This document shows positions 26,697 through 40,500 of a DNA stretch of 64,000 nt, one piece after another. Positions within the stretch are counted from its first letter, which is position 1, and each line of letters starts with the position of its first letter. The notes beneath the pieces are model-generated. The model ran no database searches. It was not told the DNA's origin and worked only from the letters and a program-made list of their open reading frames with translations. The translations under genes and the position numbers were made by a program. Source of the stretch: Blasia pusilla (lineage: Eukaryota); assembly GCA_050084515.1 (NCBI GenBank), contig CM114271.1:18228001-18292000 (forward strand). Direction: 5' to 3'.

Positions 26697-29600
26697 TGTC
26701 GTGAGCATAGATGTCGCTACACAACATACATTGCTATAACCGAACATACACACAAACACGTACGAGACAAGAAGTATCGAAATATCTCCAATTAAATCAA
26801 GTGGATCCAATCTCTCTCAACACCATAGCTCTCAAAATGTGTGCACTCTTACATGTCTCTCTCAATGTCAAACCAAACCCACTCTCCTAATGAGAGGCTT
26901 GGGTTATATTCATAAGGTAAGGGACCCTAATTTCGCCGCCTCGTGCCAAGAGGTTCAACAAAGAGAGAATGAGCTCTCAAGCTCTCTCTCCTTGAGGTAT
27001 ACCCCTTTCCCTTTCCCAAGCTATCTCCTTGGTAACCTATGCTTGCATATCACCTCCTTGGCTCTTGACCTGCTATAGGGGGTTAAAGGAAAATTCCCAA
27101 AGTGGGAAGTCAACTATACCAAATAGGGAAACTTACCCAAAATAATAAGTTTTAATATATGGCCCCCAAATGAGCCGAAACGAAGGGGAAAGATGCTCTC
27201 GTAGGTTACCCGTGGCCTCAGCAGGTCATCCTTGACCTCTTGAGGTTGTCCTCCAGTATCTCCGAAGGCGCTCTACTAGATCTTGCCGATCTATCCTAAA
27301 AGTCATGACAGTTGTCGGACGCATACACATCGCTACACAACATACATCGCTGTCACCAAACATACACACAAACACGCATGATCCCATGCTAACTCATGGC
27401 ATCCAAAAAAAAAGATAAGAAGTACCAAAATATCTCCAATCGCCCCCCTAGTTGGGGGTTAGGTCCCTCTAACTCTAGATAGTCACCTATCCCTACCTAC
27501 CATGATATACATCTCTCGGACGCTAAGAGCAAAAAGGCCGAGTGCTCATGTGGCCACATCGTTTGTCACCTTCTTGTCATCCATGTCACAGACACAAGTC
27601 AGAACCTAGAACTACCTACCATATATACATCGCGGACACATCCATCGTCCCTCAAGAATCCTAGTGAGAGGTGTCGTCAAACATGCCATATGCCACCCTT
27701 GCAAACACCTATCACAGGCTACCATACTGGCTGCACCATGGGCAGAACCACAACTTATATCACAAGCTTGCAGGAACTACGGCTAAGCTCGAATCAACTC
27801 TATCGTCAATGTTCGGAAGATGACATGACGCATGGTTACGCACATGGTCCTTCCAAACCATACCTTCGCGTCCCTCCAATAAGAGAACACCAGATGGCAA
27901 AACCTCACGCACTCTCAAGATGGTGCGTCATGCAGTCACATCCAATATTGTGGGTACCGTCTGCTCCAAGTAGACATAGTCTCCTTGATGAAACCTCCCG
28001 ATAGTAGGTGGATAACCACCTCCCCGAATAGTCGCATACCTCCACGTATCCCGATGCTGCGCAATCGCCAAGTTCTCAAACACCATGGGCATCACTGTCC
28101 GAAACAACTCAACCCTGTGCGAACATGCTTGCATCCATACATCACGGTCATCAAGGTTCAACACCTCACCAACATCTCGACGAATGGCCGCAGGGAAATC
28201 TGGCTCTCGGCCATAAAGCAACAAGTATGGTGAGAAAGACGCTAAGGATGTATGCCTGCTGAATATGTATCCCATCGCCAACCACGGCAAGTGGAGGTCC
28301 CAATCTCCTAGGTGACCTCTCTGCAAGCTATACTTGTCCAATCCTCTCTTCACCGTCTGCAAAACCCTCCCCGCTAGTCCATCCGCCTTAGGTTGATCTC
28401 GCAAAGTGGTGTGGTGGTCAATTAGTGCCAGATCACACAAGGCCTGAAACTCCCTGCGAAACTCTATACCTTGGTCTCTCAATATCTCAGCTGGTGCACG
28501 TAATGACTCAACACTCAATCTAGGAAGGCAAACGCTACTCCCTCACTTGCTTTATTAGGAAATGCAACCAACTCTATCCACTTTGAGAAGTGCTTGACCA
28601 TCACCAACACATAACGATTATGGCACTCCGTCAAAGGCAAAGGTCTTACAAAATCCAAACTCCATCTAAAACCTAAATCTCTGATCAGAAGTGGATGCAA
28701 TTGTGGAGTCGGAGCATTGAACGATGCTCGGACTCGGTCACACACCATGCACCTGGCAACAAACTGCTGAACGTCAGTCTGCATGCCTTGCCACCAATAC
28801 TATATCTGGAGCAAGTTGTACGTCCGCTTCACTCCAAAATGACCCGACTCTTTGTGGGCATGACGCACCAAACGTGCTCTCTACGAAGGATGAGGCACTA
28901 CACGCACTCTACCATCCTCCCAAACTCACAACATATGTGTCTCCTCCCACCGGAACCGTCTGGCTCGCCGTAGGATCCGATCCCGCTCTCTAACACCCAC
29001 TCTGCTCACGACGCTGCCACTACGCAGGTACTCCAAGACCACTCCATCGTCATGAATATCTCGGCCACCTGTCATCTCCTCACCGGACTTTGGATCTAAG
29101 GACTCTCCATCATACCTCGCCATCGAAGTCTCAACAATTTGGCTCTCCATAGCCAACAAGTCCAAATAGGCTGATGGGTGCCATCTTGGCACCAACTCCT
29201 CATCATTCTCACCATGCCAACGAGCTCTAGTCGCATCTTGCTGACTCAGGCATGGATTATGGCTCAAACCATCTGCATCCTAGTTGAGCGTCCAAGGTTT
29301 ATGCACCACCTGGAAGTCATACTCCTCCAACAAAAGAGCCCACCTCGCAAGCTTCCATGTAAGCTTGTCGGACACCATCAACCACTTAAGTGGCTGATGA
29401 TCAGTAATGATAATAAAGGGGTTTTTGAATAAATCACATCTGAAATGTGCAAAAATCCACACCGCAGCCAAGCACTCACCTTCATACGAGCTATACTTTG
29501 CCTCTGCAGCGTTGTTCGAGCGACTAGCGTAAGCCACCACGAACTCTCTACCATCATTGTCATGCTAGGTGAGCACGGCTCCAAGCCCCAACATGCTCCA

Positions 29601-30875
29601 ATCGGTATGCAACTGGAAAGGACGCCCCATGATCGCTCTCCATAATATGGGCGCGGACGTCAATATGTCCTTGAGAAGGTTGAAATGCTCTCTACTGCTC
29701 ATCCCCCCAATTCCACTCCTGATCCACCTTGGTCAGCAAGGTAAGGGGCTTAGAAATCGAACTGAAACCCTTGACGTACCGTTAGAATCCTCGGCTCATA
29801 TCGGTTGGGCGTGGAATGCGTGAAATAGCCTCTATCTTTGTGTGATGCACCCCAAGGCCCCTTGGGAATATCATATGACCAAGGTAATCAATTAGGTCGT
29901 AGAAGAACTTGCACTTTCCTGGATGTAGCTTCAGCTCATGTAATTGCAATCGTCGAAACACCTCCTCTAGATGTCGCTGATGCTCTTCAACCGTGGCGCT
30001 AAAGACTACGATGTCATCAATATAACACCTAGCAAGATCCAGACCTGCCAAGATTGTATCTATGACCCTTTGAAACTCAGTCGGGGCGTTCTTTAACCCA
30101 AATGGTAAGAAACGCCATTGGTACAAACTATCCTTCCTGTGAGGATCGATGCCCCAAGATATCGTCTTTTGCCTGTCCTCCAATCTGATAGGCAACTGAT
30201 GGTATCTGGCTCAAAGATCTAATGAACTGAAGACCTTTGCATGCCCAATAGCATCAAAGATCTCCTCAAGGGTGGGCATGGCATACCTATCTCACTTCAT
30301 CTTCCAATTGATAGGTCGGTAATCTCCACACATCCGCCTATCCGTCCAGTTGCCATGCACATCCTTCTTGGCGGGCATGATAGTGGCAGATGCATACTCT
30401 CCATGCGACGTCTCCACTAGTCCTGCTCCAACCAAGTCATGGCTCCTACTCTGAATCAAAGCCCTCTCCATGTCAATGTACCTGTAGGATCGTTGGAAGA
30501 TCGGCGTGTCGCTCGAAAACTAAATGCGGATCCCTGGACCCTCAAGCATATCCAAGTCATGCATACTAAATGCAAAGCAACTCCTATAACTCCTCAGGAA
30601 CTGATGAATCAGGCGCCGCTCTCCTCTTGTTAACTTAGGGCCCATATTTTGCTCCCAAGTCTTCATCGTGACTACGGTAGTACTCTCCGCCGCGGGTGTA
30701 GATGGTTGCTATGGTGCAACCCCATATCGGACAACAGAACTCAACTGCTCTCCTGCAACCAACTGCAAAATTGGATCTCCATGTGCAGTACCCGGAACTA
30801 CGCTCGATGTTGTGGCTACCATCTCGTGGCGTACCTGCAAAACATCCCAAGAAGTCCAAGGGTGTCTCCCCGATG
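26697..30875 (-). mobile_element. Element B (family 1): 5'-truncated RT-RH-INT-PHD with full B1-A2-B2 3' terminus
   Basis: ORFs 29782..30195 (LPFGL, CYIDD), 29280..29540, 28515..28784 and 27928..28518. PHD at ~27630-27780. B1 27313-27440, gt 27311-27312, A2 26793-27310, B2 26697-26792. Confidence 0.9.
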
Positions 30876-31992
30876 TGTCATGGCGGGTTACTCACTGACT
30901 AACAACTTTCCTATGCTCTTCTTGATTATCTTTTGGAATTCTGAAACTACAAGACTCAACTCTCAGCCCAATAAGATCCACATTCAATTCCGCACATCAG
31001 AAAGCATGAGAGAAGACACTTCTACTGCATCAAAGAGTGGAAAGAGCTAGAAAGTATTACAAGCTTCAGAAAAAAAGACTCTTCAGCTTGGATCATCCCT
31101 CAACAAATTTTCCTGCACACTCACCAAGACTGTTGGGAACCTCAAGATACTCGAAACAATATTGGGGAATTCAAGACACAAGGGAATGATCTATTCTTCT
31201 ACTAATTTACTCTTTAAATGGTCTTTACAATTCCTGATCGATCTTCCTATTCTGATCTAGATTTCTACGTGGTAATCCTAACCTACTCTATTCAGATTCT
31301 CTAACCTCCTTGTTCCGAAGACGGTTGGTTGCCCTGGCAAGTCATTTCCGGTCCCTTTAAACTGCTATGCCGCTCCATTGCTGGCTTCCAAAATTGCCAC
31401 GATGATTTAGTCTTCATGGTCTTCGCGCTCTTTGCAATCTTTGTAGTCTTTATCTTTGCAGTCCTATCTTCGCGCAAAGACTCTTATCCTTTTGTCGCCG
31501 CGAAGAGTCCTCTTTTTTACTTTCTTTCAATCCGCTGCCTTCAAAGCATTTTCCTATCTTTCTATTCCTATTCTTAATACACCTTTCCGCTTTTGTGAAG
31601 ACTCTTTGACTTCTTTTGCTTCTTCCTCTTCCTTCTTTGGGTTCTTAGTCTTTGCTCTTGAGTCTTTGCTCTTCTTTCTTTGTACCCACTCTTCGTTGAC
31701 AGTCTTTTACGCTGTTTTTATTGCGGTCTTCCTTGCGAAGCACCCGTGCTTCCTCTTCTAACTTCTTTTCCTATTTTTTCCTACTTTTACACCATTCTCA
31801 GTCTTCCAAGATAGTCCTTAATCTTCTAACATTTCTTGTCCTCTCATAAGAGTTCTATCAATCACTCTTTCACACAATTTTAGTAAAGTAAGACTCTTTA
31901 CTTCCGGTATTGAGTCTTTAGTCCTTGCTCAAGAAAGACTTATGTAAAAAAATTGATCTTTGTGTCAAAATTTCAAAAACGTGGGCACTACA
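30876..31992. mobile_element. Solo LTR of an unrelated family (~1.1 kb) truncating element B
   Basis: TGTCATGG...GGGCACTACA termini, pyrimidine-rich non-coding interior and sharp boundaries. No clean TSD. Confidence 0.6.
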
Positions 31993-31994
31993 TC

Positions 31995-32570
31995 ATGGAA
32001 CATATATACGAACTTAAATTCCTCGACACCTCCTTCGCGTTCCATCTTGGAAGAGGGTGTCACTCGAGGTTAGAATAAATTTTCTTGAAATGGATGGAGG
32101 TGTCGTGGTTCCTTGAATTTGACATAAAAAGGTGCTTCAATTCCATGGATCGACACGAGCTGGTCTTCATCTTACAGAAGGATATAGAAGATCAGAGGTA
32201 GATGGATCTTGTGCATACACTATTCACCGTGGGACTTGTTGGCGGCAAGCTTGGCGGTCCAGACCCCCTTCAAGACCCCCCGTTGGGTGAGTGCCCCTTG
32301 GGCCCTCATCCCTCTACTTTGTAATACTTACTTGCACGAATTGGACCAAGAAGTGGCCAATATGGCTAATAAACTCTCATGGAGCTGCAAGCGAAGAGTC
32401 GACAAAAGGACCACGACGGCTACGAGGATGCCCAGAACAAAGGTGTTTAGAGCGTTGACCCCGCAAGCAGAAATTATGACGGTCTATAGAAAGGTTGCCC
32501 AGGGACTGCCCCCGATTGATTGGAAGGACCCCAAGTACGCACACGCATTTTACGTTTGATATTTGAGACA
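31995..32570 (+). pseudogene. Group II intron RT/maturase fragment (matR-like), probable organellar insertion
   Basis: Translates as IYELKFLDTSFAFHLGRGCHS...WFLEFDIKRCFNSMDRHELVFILQKDIED...PLLCNTYLHELD...FYV*Y, matching RT domains 2-5 of plant mitochondrial maturases. Confidence 0.75.
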
Positions 32571-33030
32571 TTCTCATGGGTTCAACTTTTAATGTCATAG
32601 TGTAGGAGATGGAAATCTCCTTTTATGCCTATTAGTCAAATTTTGGTTTTTCCCTTGATTTTTAGCTCTTCACTGAACATTTCACTGACAATCCACCAAG
32701 CCATGGTTTGTTCAAATCCTTTCCTTATCATTTTTTGTTCCATCCCAAATGTCTAAACGTTAACTACGACCTTGTATTTTTCCAAGCATATAATCATCAC
32801 ATGTCATACACATGCTCTCATGAACGCTGGTCTTATGTATCATAGAAGCTCACGTTCAATATGTCATGATCTCTATACTGATTTGTATCCAGACACACTT
32901 GTATTAGCCATGTTTTTTATCGATAAATCTTGCCCGTCTCGCAAGTTCTAGGTCTTTGATCACCCTTCAGGCTCAATCATTCTAAGATATGGATCTAACC
33001 ACTCACTCTCTAATACAAACAAACTATTCA

Positions 33031-34026
33031 TGTCGTGCGACTACTCTCCTTGAACGTCAATCTCTAGTGTTGCGGAAGCGTACGTTCAATAGGACATGCT
33101 CTCATCATCGACGTGCACCCAAACGCACTCACATTAGTCTGGCTTTGGGTCAAGCGGCCTTCCAACCCACCGAGTTCTCAACTCAACATTTCATCCAGCT
33201 TAACCTTCCTTACTTCCTAGGTTCCCAACACGGCAAATCCTTCAAGACTTGGAACAGACTTTCTGGTTAGTCCAGGAACCTAAAACGGCACCTGCGCGCC
33301 TAGCGGTTCTAACTGTTCAACGGATCTCATGCGTGTTCCTAACCGGGACCCAAGTAATTAAGTCGCGGATTGGAATCCAAGAGGGATCTCTAAAAATCAC
33401 CTCAATAGACTTGGCTCAGATTTTCAAGCCCAACTCCAAACTCCTGATCCGTTCCATGCCCTTGAGCCGCCCCATGGCGCCCAAAGTGGGGTTCGAGTCC
33501 CAAGCACCCTTGGAGACCTTCCCCTTACTATTACTTCTGGGGTTCTCCAATAACCCCTCACCTTTGGAAAATGATGGTCGGGCCCTTGATTGTGGCCCTA
33601 AACCCGACTCTACTTACAATCATTTTCGGGTCGTTTCTCAACTGCTACTTGTGTGTTAACGGAGATCTTTAGTGAGTATGAACCCGAATTTCCACAAGCT
33701 TTCCAACGCATCCTTAATTGTCCTAAACGTATCTCGGCGCTAGAAGTTATGGCCATAAATACAGTCGAAAACTCTCAAACGCTAGTAGCATCCCAAATCC
33801 GGATTCCTTCCTTTGGCAACGTGGACCAAACGCGGATCAAATATTGATCCGCGTTTGGTTCAGGTTTCTTAATCGTGACCACAACATATGAAATGCGAAG
33901 CCTCGCTTGCGTCTCGTCTCTTGTCTCTTCTCCAAGACCACTCCAACGCGCAAACCATCTTAGCGTGAACCTGCTAGTGTTCTGATGTTTCGCTTTAGCA
34001 CTCGTTTGGTCATGAAGGTCACGACA
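33031..34026 (-). mobile_element. Solo LTR, same family as 17591-18593
   Basis: TG...CA, collinear with 17591-18593, with 5-bp flanks attca/tttca. Confidence 0.85.
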
Positions 34027-36783
34027 TTTCAAGACTTCGAAAAACCTTTTTAACAAACTAACAATTGCACTTGTCAGATAGACTTCAAAGAGTTTCTAAT
34101 GAATTAAATATTTGATCCCGTGGATCCAAAATTGGATTTCCCGAACTCCAACTGAAATCATAATTTAAGGAATAGACAAAAAAATACGAGAGATGATATA
34201 TTCTTGTGCGGATTTTTTCACCATGTCCTCAGCCATGAGTGTTGACTAGTCTCCTAGATGGAGCGTGCTCAACCCCACCTTTACACATGCCACTTTCGTG
34301 TTATAGCTATAATTGATTTTAGTGGTTTAGAAATGGGCTTTGATGTTCAATTTTTCCAAATAATGTATTGCTAGTTTGGGCTTTAAAATAGAGATTCCCC
34401 ACAATCAGACTCTTTCCCTTGTGAATATTGATTGCACGTGTGGATGATTGCATTGGTCAGAAAGCCATGAAGTATGTACTAGCATTCTAACCTCACTCAG
34501 CACTTAAGTGTAAACCCTCTCGGATGCACGATTTGAAAGTACCTCCCATAATTGCTTCTAAAACGCCATGGCTCCCATACCAGCAAAGCATTGTGACTGC
34601 TGCGGATCCTCAGGCAGCCTCACAAGAAATTTGTGTTCAGAACTTTTCAACATAGAGACAGGCTGGTCAAAAACACGACTTCGTGTTCAGAATTTCAAAC
34701 TTGCTGCTATGGTGGGGAATTTCTCGTGTCCCTCTGCTCTCCGAACTCACGGAAATGGACCTTCCAAACCATTGACTCAGACAGAGAGCCACTCGCATTT
34801 ACAGTTTCATGGCATGGCAAACATTTTGTTTTCAAGGGTCAACAAATCTCCAGAACTCGGAACAAATCCTTGTAGGGACAAAGCACACTCAGCTCTCGTT
34901 CTGAACTAGGGAACCACGAAGCGTATAGCTCACTCCCATTGACCCCTCATGGTTCGCCGCTGATGCAGTAAATAGTTAAAGAGATCGGCGACCCTCGGAC
35001 ATGACCGTCGTCTACAGTTGCCCAACGTGGTTGTAATCTCCCCCAAAACTCACTCGGTTGCAGCGACTTCTTGAAAAGCGAAGAGATTCGACTTCTCGAC
35101 ACTTGAGCTGCGAAACTGTCTCTCTAATTAAACAACCCCAAATATCCACCTCTCCAATTCTCATGACTGTCTTCAATCCTGAGGTATGAGTCACCATCAA
35201 ATGCCGGAGAGACTGGCCTACTCATTATCAGTGGTTCGTTTATCTGTTCAGGATTTAATAACCGACAAGAGGGGCGAGAGTACTGGATTAAGATCATGGA
35301 TTGGAAGGCATATTTGGTATGTTGTTCGATCGACGGTTTACTCCATGAGGACTGTTTCGAAGAATTCACAGTCCGATCACGTTTTTTAGTCATTAGTATG
35401 CGCGCTTACGACAAGTTTCAACGTCCTAGCCTTCCACTAGTCTCAAACCCACGGGACCTAAAACATCACTCCTATAGAAGGTAAGATAAGTCTCCCATTC
35501 ACTTTTGAGTTCGGAGAGGAGATTACCAGTCATCCCTAGGATAACATAATTCTATTTTCCATGATCCCCAGCTGTGTTTCTTCAATACTCTTCATTCGCT
35601 CCCGTTAAAAGATCATAAGATGTTTACAAACGTAATTCTTTTCTATATGATCAGCACGCCTTGCTCACCAGATACTAGTGTCACCAAGTACTTATCCATC
35701 CATATCTGCAGCCTTTCAAGGAAAGTTCTTACTAATCGCCGGGGTGCCTGCCTGTTGCCTGCTCCGATGGAACAGTATTGCATTGCAGATCTGACAAAGT
35801 CAACATCTGCCTTGAGAGGATTTCTCTTCTATAGTGTGAGATCGCCCTAAATCTCTGCTGTGATCAGTATCCGATTACTGTACGAAAATGGTTGGTAACT
35901 GATCCTCAGATTCGCTGGTACAGGTCCCTTGATTCAAGAAAAAAAAAACCCCCTGTAAACTATACATTTGTATGTTTTCATAATATGTATGTTCACAAGA
36001 TGTAACGGAATGCGCGCTGGTGTCAAACGTGTTTCCTGCGATGCACGAGTTGTGCTTGCTCACGCTCTCGAACTCTCCACCGGAGCTCAAGTTCAAGGAT
36101 AGGTCCTATACTGTAGCCGCTGCTCACTCCCCCAATAGAAATCTACACGACAGGAATGGGGAGTCGGGCTTAAATATTTTGTACAAATGGCATTGCCATG
36201 CACCAAAATCTGTTGCAGGTCACCTTGTGATTGCAGAAAATGCGGCCAAGATCAACAGCTCCACAGCATGATCTCCTGTAAACTGCAAAACAAAAGACGT
36301 GCAAGGCTTGCGCTTTGGTAGGCAACAAACCGATCGAAGATTCTCACCTAGCTTCTTATGGCAGACAGAGATAAATGCGAAAATGAGAATTTAGAAGACG
36401 CATCTAAAACCCTTTTATGGCAAACGAAGCAGTGTGGTGGCCAACTGGACCAAGTCAATTGAAAATTGAACCAAATGATGCAGTGTGAAAGCGTGTAAAT
36501 CTAACCTCTTTCCTGGTCCCCGATATACCCTCTACTTGGATGGTTGTGAAAAGTTCTTGACCAAGCATCGTGCCGTCTTTACAGCTAAGAGGAAGCAGAT
36601 GACGCTAACGAAAAAGACTGCGCCAGTGAAAATTGTTAACAAATTGAAGCCCATCCTTCAAAACTGCACACTGTTGCACAAGGACAGGAACTCTTCCAAG
36701 AATTGGTACATGCAATGCTCGTAAAGCTAGTGCAACGGATGCTCGTCTTTTCGATCCCATGGAAAAACATATAACAAGAATGA

Positions 36784-37533
36784 TCAAGTGGTCAACATCA
36801 TTTCCTGTGGCGAGCGTTTGTGTACGTATTTCAGGGCGTTCCCTACAAGTGGAAAGTGCAGGCCACAAGACGACTGGGTGGTAGGCTTACATGTCATGGT
36901 GAAAATTCTGTCTTCGGAGAAGCATACATAAACGGACGGATCTTTTTCATCACGCAGTCGGAGAGCCTTCAGATTTTCTTCCAACTCCCTTGTGGCTGGC
37001 TCCAACTGATCCCATGCGATCCAATTCGAAGAATCCGTCCCATGCGAAGCGAATTCTGCCAGCTTCATGAGAAACACCGAATTCTCAAAGAGAGTCTTCA
37101 CCAGCTTCAACTGAGCCGTCAGCTGCTTGAGCCGGAACAACTGACGACCACTCAGAGACCCTTCCGAGACACTGATGATAGTTTTCTCAACTTCGAGAAT
37201 GCGATGGACGAGTTTTGTTATCTTCTTGTCGACCGGGGCATTGCTGGTGACGGCCTTATTTGCCGAGCGGGTCCAAAAAATGTCTTCACTTTCCAGGATG
37301 CCACTCCTGGCGATAAAATCTCTTTCATAGCTTGATATCCTCGTAAGACTCAAACCCTGTATTCCTGTAGGGGTGTCTAGCGGTAGCTTGAATATCGTTG
37401 ACAACACAAATACGGCCGTCACGATGGCCAAAATTTTGACTATTGTGCACATCGAGAAAGTAGGCATGGTAGCACTCGGATAGAGAGCACTCAGCGCTGA
37501 CGCCTGAAGTATAGAAATGAGAAAAGGAAGCAC
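36784..37533 (-). CDS. Putative host gene exon: N-terminal hydrophobic segment and helical/coiled-coil region, function unknown
   Basis: 249-codon open frame in CpG-retaining non-repetitive DNA, with hydrophobic IVKILAIVTAVFVLSTIF. Likely start ATG at ~37467 and possible donor GTAAG at ~36890. Confidence 0.4.
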   Translation of the reverse strand: MLPFLISILQASALSALYPSATMPTFSMCTIVKILAIVTAVFVLSTIFKLPLDTPTGIQGLSLTRISSYERDFIARSGILESEDIFWTRSANKAVTSNAPVDKKITKLVHRILEVEKTIISVSEGSLSGRQLFRLKQLTAQLKLVKTLFENSVFLMKLAEFASHGTDSSNWIAWDQLEPATRELEENLKALRLRDEKDPSVYVCFSEDRIFTMTCKPTTQSSCGLHFPLVGNALKYVHKRSPQEMMLTT

Positions 37534-40500
37534 CTCTATGCGATCAACTGAACATCATTAGATAGAGAACGAGCACGTCGACTGGTACCTCCAGTGCAAT
37601 AGTAAAGAACCTTTTTTGAATTTTTTTGAAGACAGAGGAGAACAACTCCCGCTCTAAAGAAAGAGATGGAGTGTTACCTCAACAGCGTCTACATGAAGGC
37701 CTCATGCACAAGGGGCGGAAATATGCTCCAGCGTGAAGAGCAACCCGCGGACTCCGAAGTTAAAGAGACGTTAAACCGTAAAGTGCAGCGCATTCCATTG
37801 CGCAGCCGAGCAAATGTGCACCTCAGAGAAAGCAACAGGCAAGAGCAGAAGTTCTTTCGTCGTCGGCAAAAGCCTTCGGTCTATGAAGACATCTTTCATC
37901 GGCAGCGTTCGCACTGGTTGATCAGTCCATGAGAAACCACAGGTGACGAAACAATCCATGAGCGCAGATCATGTGACGTACATGAACGCCAGCCGCTAGT
38001 CGTGGCTAACTCCCCTAAGCATCGCGGGACATTGTTACCTCCACTGTAGTAGTCCATTCACAGACAACACATACAATTCCTTCAGCCTCAGCGCCGGGAA
38101 GATACAAAGCCTTCACGGGAACTGATTTGTGCCTCACCCGACAAGCACCTATGGCGCCCCTGTTCTGGAAGCGAGGCGCGCCAACGTTTAGCTTTGCTTG
38201 CTCACCGTCCCGATAGGCACTTATCCGATGGAAGGACTGAAAATGATAGCCTCTGCCTTGCTGTTTCGGGTTCTACTACAATCCCTTCGAGTTACTGGCT
38301 TGATCTCCAAGCTGCCACTCATCGCACCTGTTGTTATGCTATTTGACGGGCAATCAGTCTACGCTGCGCTCTTCATTTATTACATCACCGTCTTCATGTA
38401 CTTGGGCTCCACAGTCCAAGACTCCAAACTCCACAGCCTCCACTGTTTTAACGATGAGCGTTTCACCTACTAATTTGTCAACGAACTTAACTGCCATATT
38501 CTACGTTGCACTAATATTTGACGGTGCCTTTTTTTTGAGCGGACCTTTTACTGCCGCGTACAGTAGGTAGTGGACCTGCAGGGAGAAGACCTTTGTCGTA
38601 TTTGTTTTCGCACGAGTTTTGTTTAACTACCGCGGTCAGGACTCCGGATGATCAAGAGTCTTCGAGCCGCACTTATAGCCTGTTAGGCGGTTCGCATCGA
38701 GATGAGAGTGTCGTACCTTTTGTACAAGACTGTCTGCAGGAAAGCTGACACAAGTACGAACATTCGGACATATCGCACTAGTTTTACAGCTGTGTGTGTC
38801 TGTACGTATTTATGGGAGCCCTCACAATCGTCGTGTGCTCGTGGAACGCAGGGAGCCGATCGGATCTAAGGGCCAGTTCTTCCTTTCCTCCCTGACAAAA
38901 CTCTGCACTCGGTGTTTCATGATGTCGCCACCACCACGTAATGGCACCTATTGCACCGGCAATTTCATCTGTAGAGTTCACCGCAGTGCTTAAGTGATTA
39001 AGAATTTTAAGAACGTAGTGCGCACTGACCTTTTGAGAAATATAAACTTCAATACAAACTTTGATGGAAAATCCATCGGGATAAAAAGGAGGAGGGCGTA
39101 GAGAGAAAAAAAAAACCCGCGCGGCAAAACAGAAGGCTTCTCCAAACGCAGTGACCTTTAGACCACATATCTCCTAGTGAGGCACTTGCCCCTACCATTA
39201 CGACGACGGTCACATTTTCTCTACCCCGTACGTTTTCAAACAATGAAACATTTTCCCCTACGATTACAATGGTGACATCTTCGCTACTCCGTCCGGTGTT
39301 CCCTTGTTAATAAGCAAGTTTGGGCCGATGATCCAAAACCTAGGTTTAGGTCGGTGTAGTTTCGGAGAAAATTCGATACGTATACGTATCGTCAACCTTC
39401 CATCTCCGCGACTGCTACGCCACACTTTCACTTACACACTTCCTTCGACCTAACGATCACACTTGTCGACGATTGGATGGGGAAGCTTGGACTTTCCAAG
39501 ACCTCACGATTAGTAAGAACAAGTTTGGGAGAATTGGCTGGCTCCACGCTTCGAGAAACAAGGCCCAAGGACGTGTTCCGACGACTTGACGTTCCAGATC
39601 TCAAGCTTCATTAACATAGCAGAATCGTGATTCTCCCTTTCCTGTGTATAACAGCGTTTTACCTGTACCTTGACGCTGCTTACTTTTCCAACCATGTAGA
39701 CATGTCGGCCGACTCGATCTCTGCGAATGACAAACTAGAAAGATAGAAGCTTGCCTCGAAGATACATATGAAATCGTGAATGCTAAGCTCCTCTCTTTAA
39801 GAATGATTGCAGAGTTACTGTGCTCAGAATTAGCTTCAATCGAGAACGCTTCTCCTTACACACCACTGTAGCGGGAGGTCTCCAACACTTGAAAGAGCGC
39901 CATCGCTCCCTAACGATGTAGTGACAACAATTATCTTCGGTGCCTGCGGAAGATATAAGCTCACGGGGCATACAAGTAATAAATTGAAAGAAAGACTAAA
40001 TGATTACCAATCGTCTGCAGAAAGGTGCTCTGAGGTATGGTGTCGCCAGGTAGAAGGCTCATTCATTAGCATGTCCTCAATTAATACAAGATCGGGAAGA
40101 ACCGTAACTTTGCGCACTTCCAAATGCGGCAAAGATTTCATCACCAGATGATGTTACTGTTACCGTAGGCAGAAGTATCCTTCCAAAATCCCAGATGGCC
40201 CACCCATCGCCATCAAACTCAACTCGACCACACCTCGCACTCCACTCATTTTGATTGAACACGCATGAGATTTGAGAAGCCATAGGAGCAAACTTGGAGG
40301 AAGAAAGCAACCGGTAACGAGAAGCCGTAGGAGATCCAGAGCAGAAAAAACTCGTGTCGTACTTGGATGATGAAAGCGACGAGTATAATGCATGAGAGTG
40401 CATCGGTCAGGTACCTTTAAGAACAATGTGGCGATAAGGAGTTACAAAGTTTCAAATTCAATGTATCTTATTATGCTTATCCTATTGCTAACAAAAGTAT

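Noticed and set aside
26697-27310. A-B unit as an ordinary 3' LTR or a chance nested solo LTR
   Set aside because: The G-tract precedes B1, not A2. The same B-AC-A-B layout recurs in an independent family, and the 5' end of element A lacks B.
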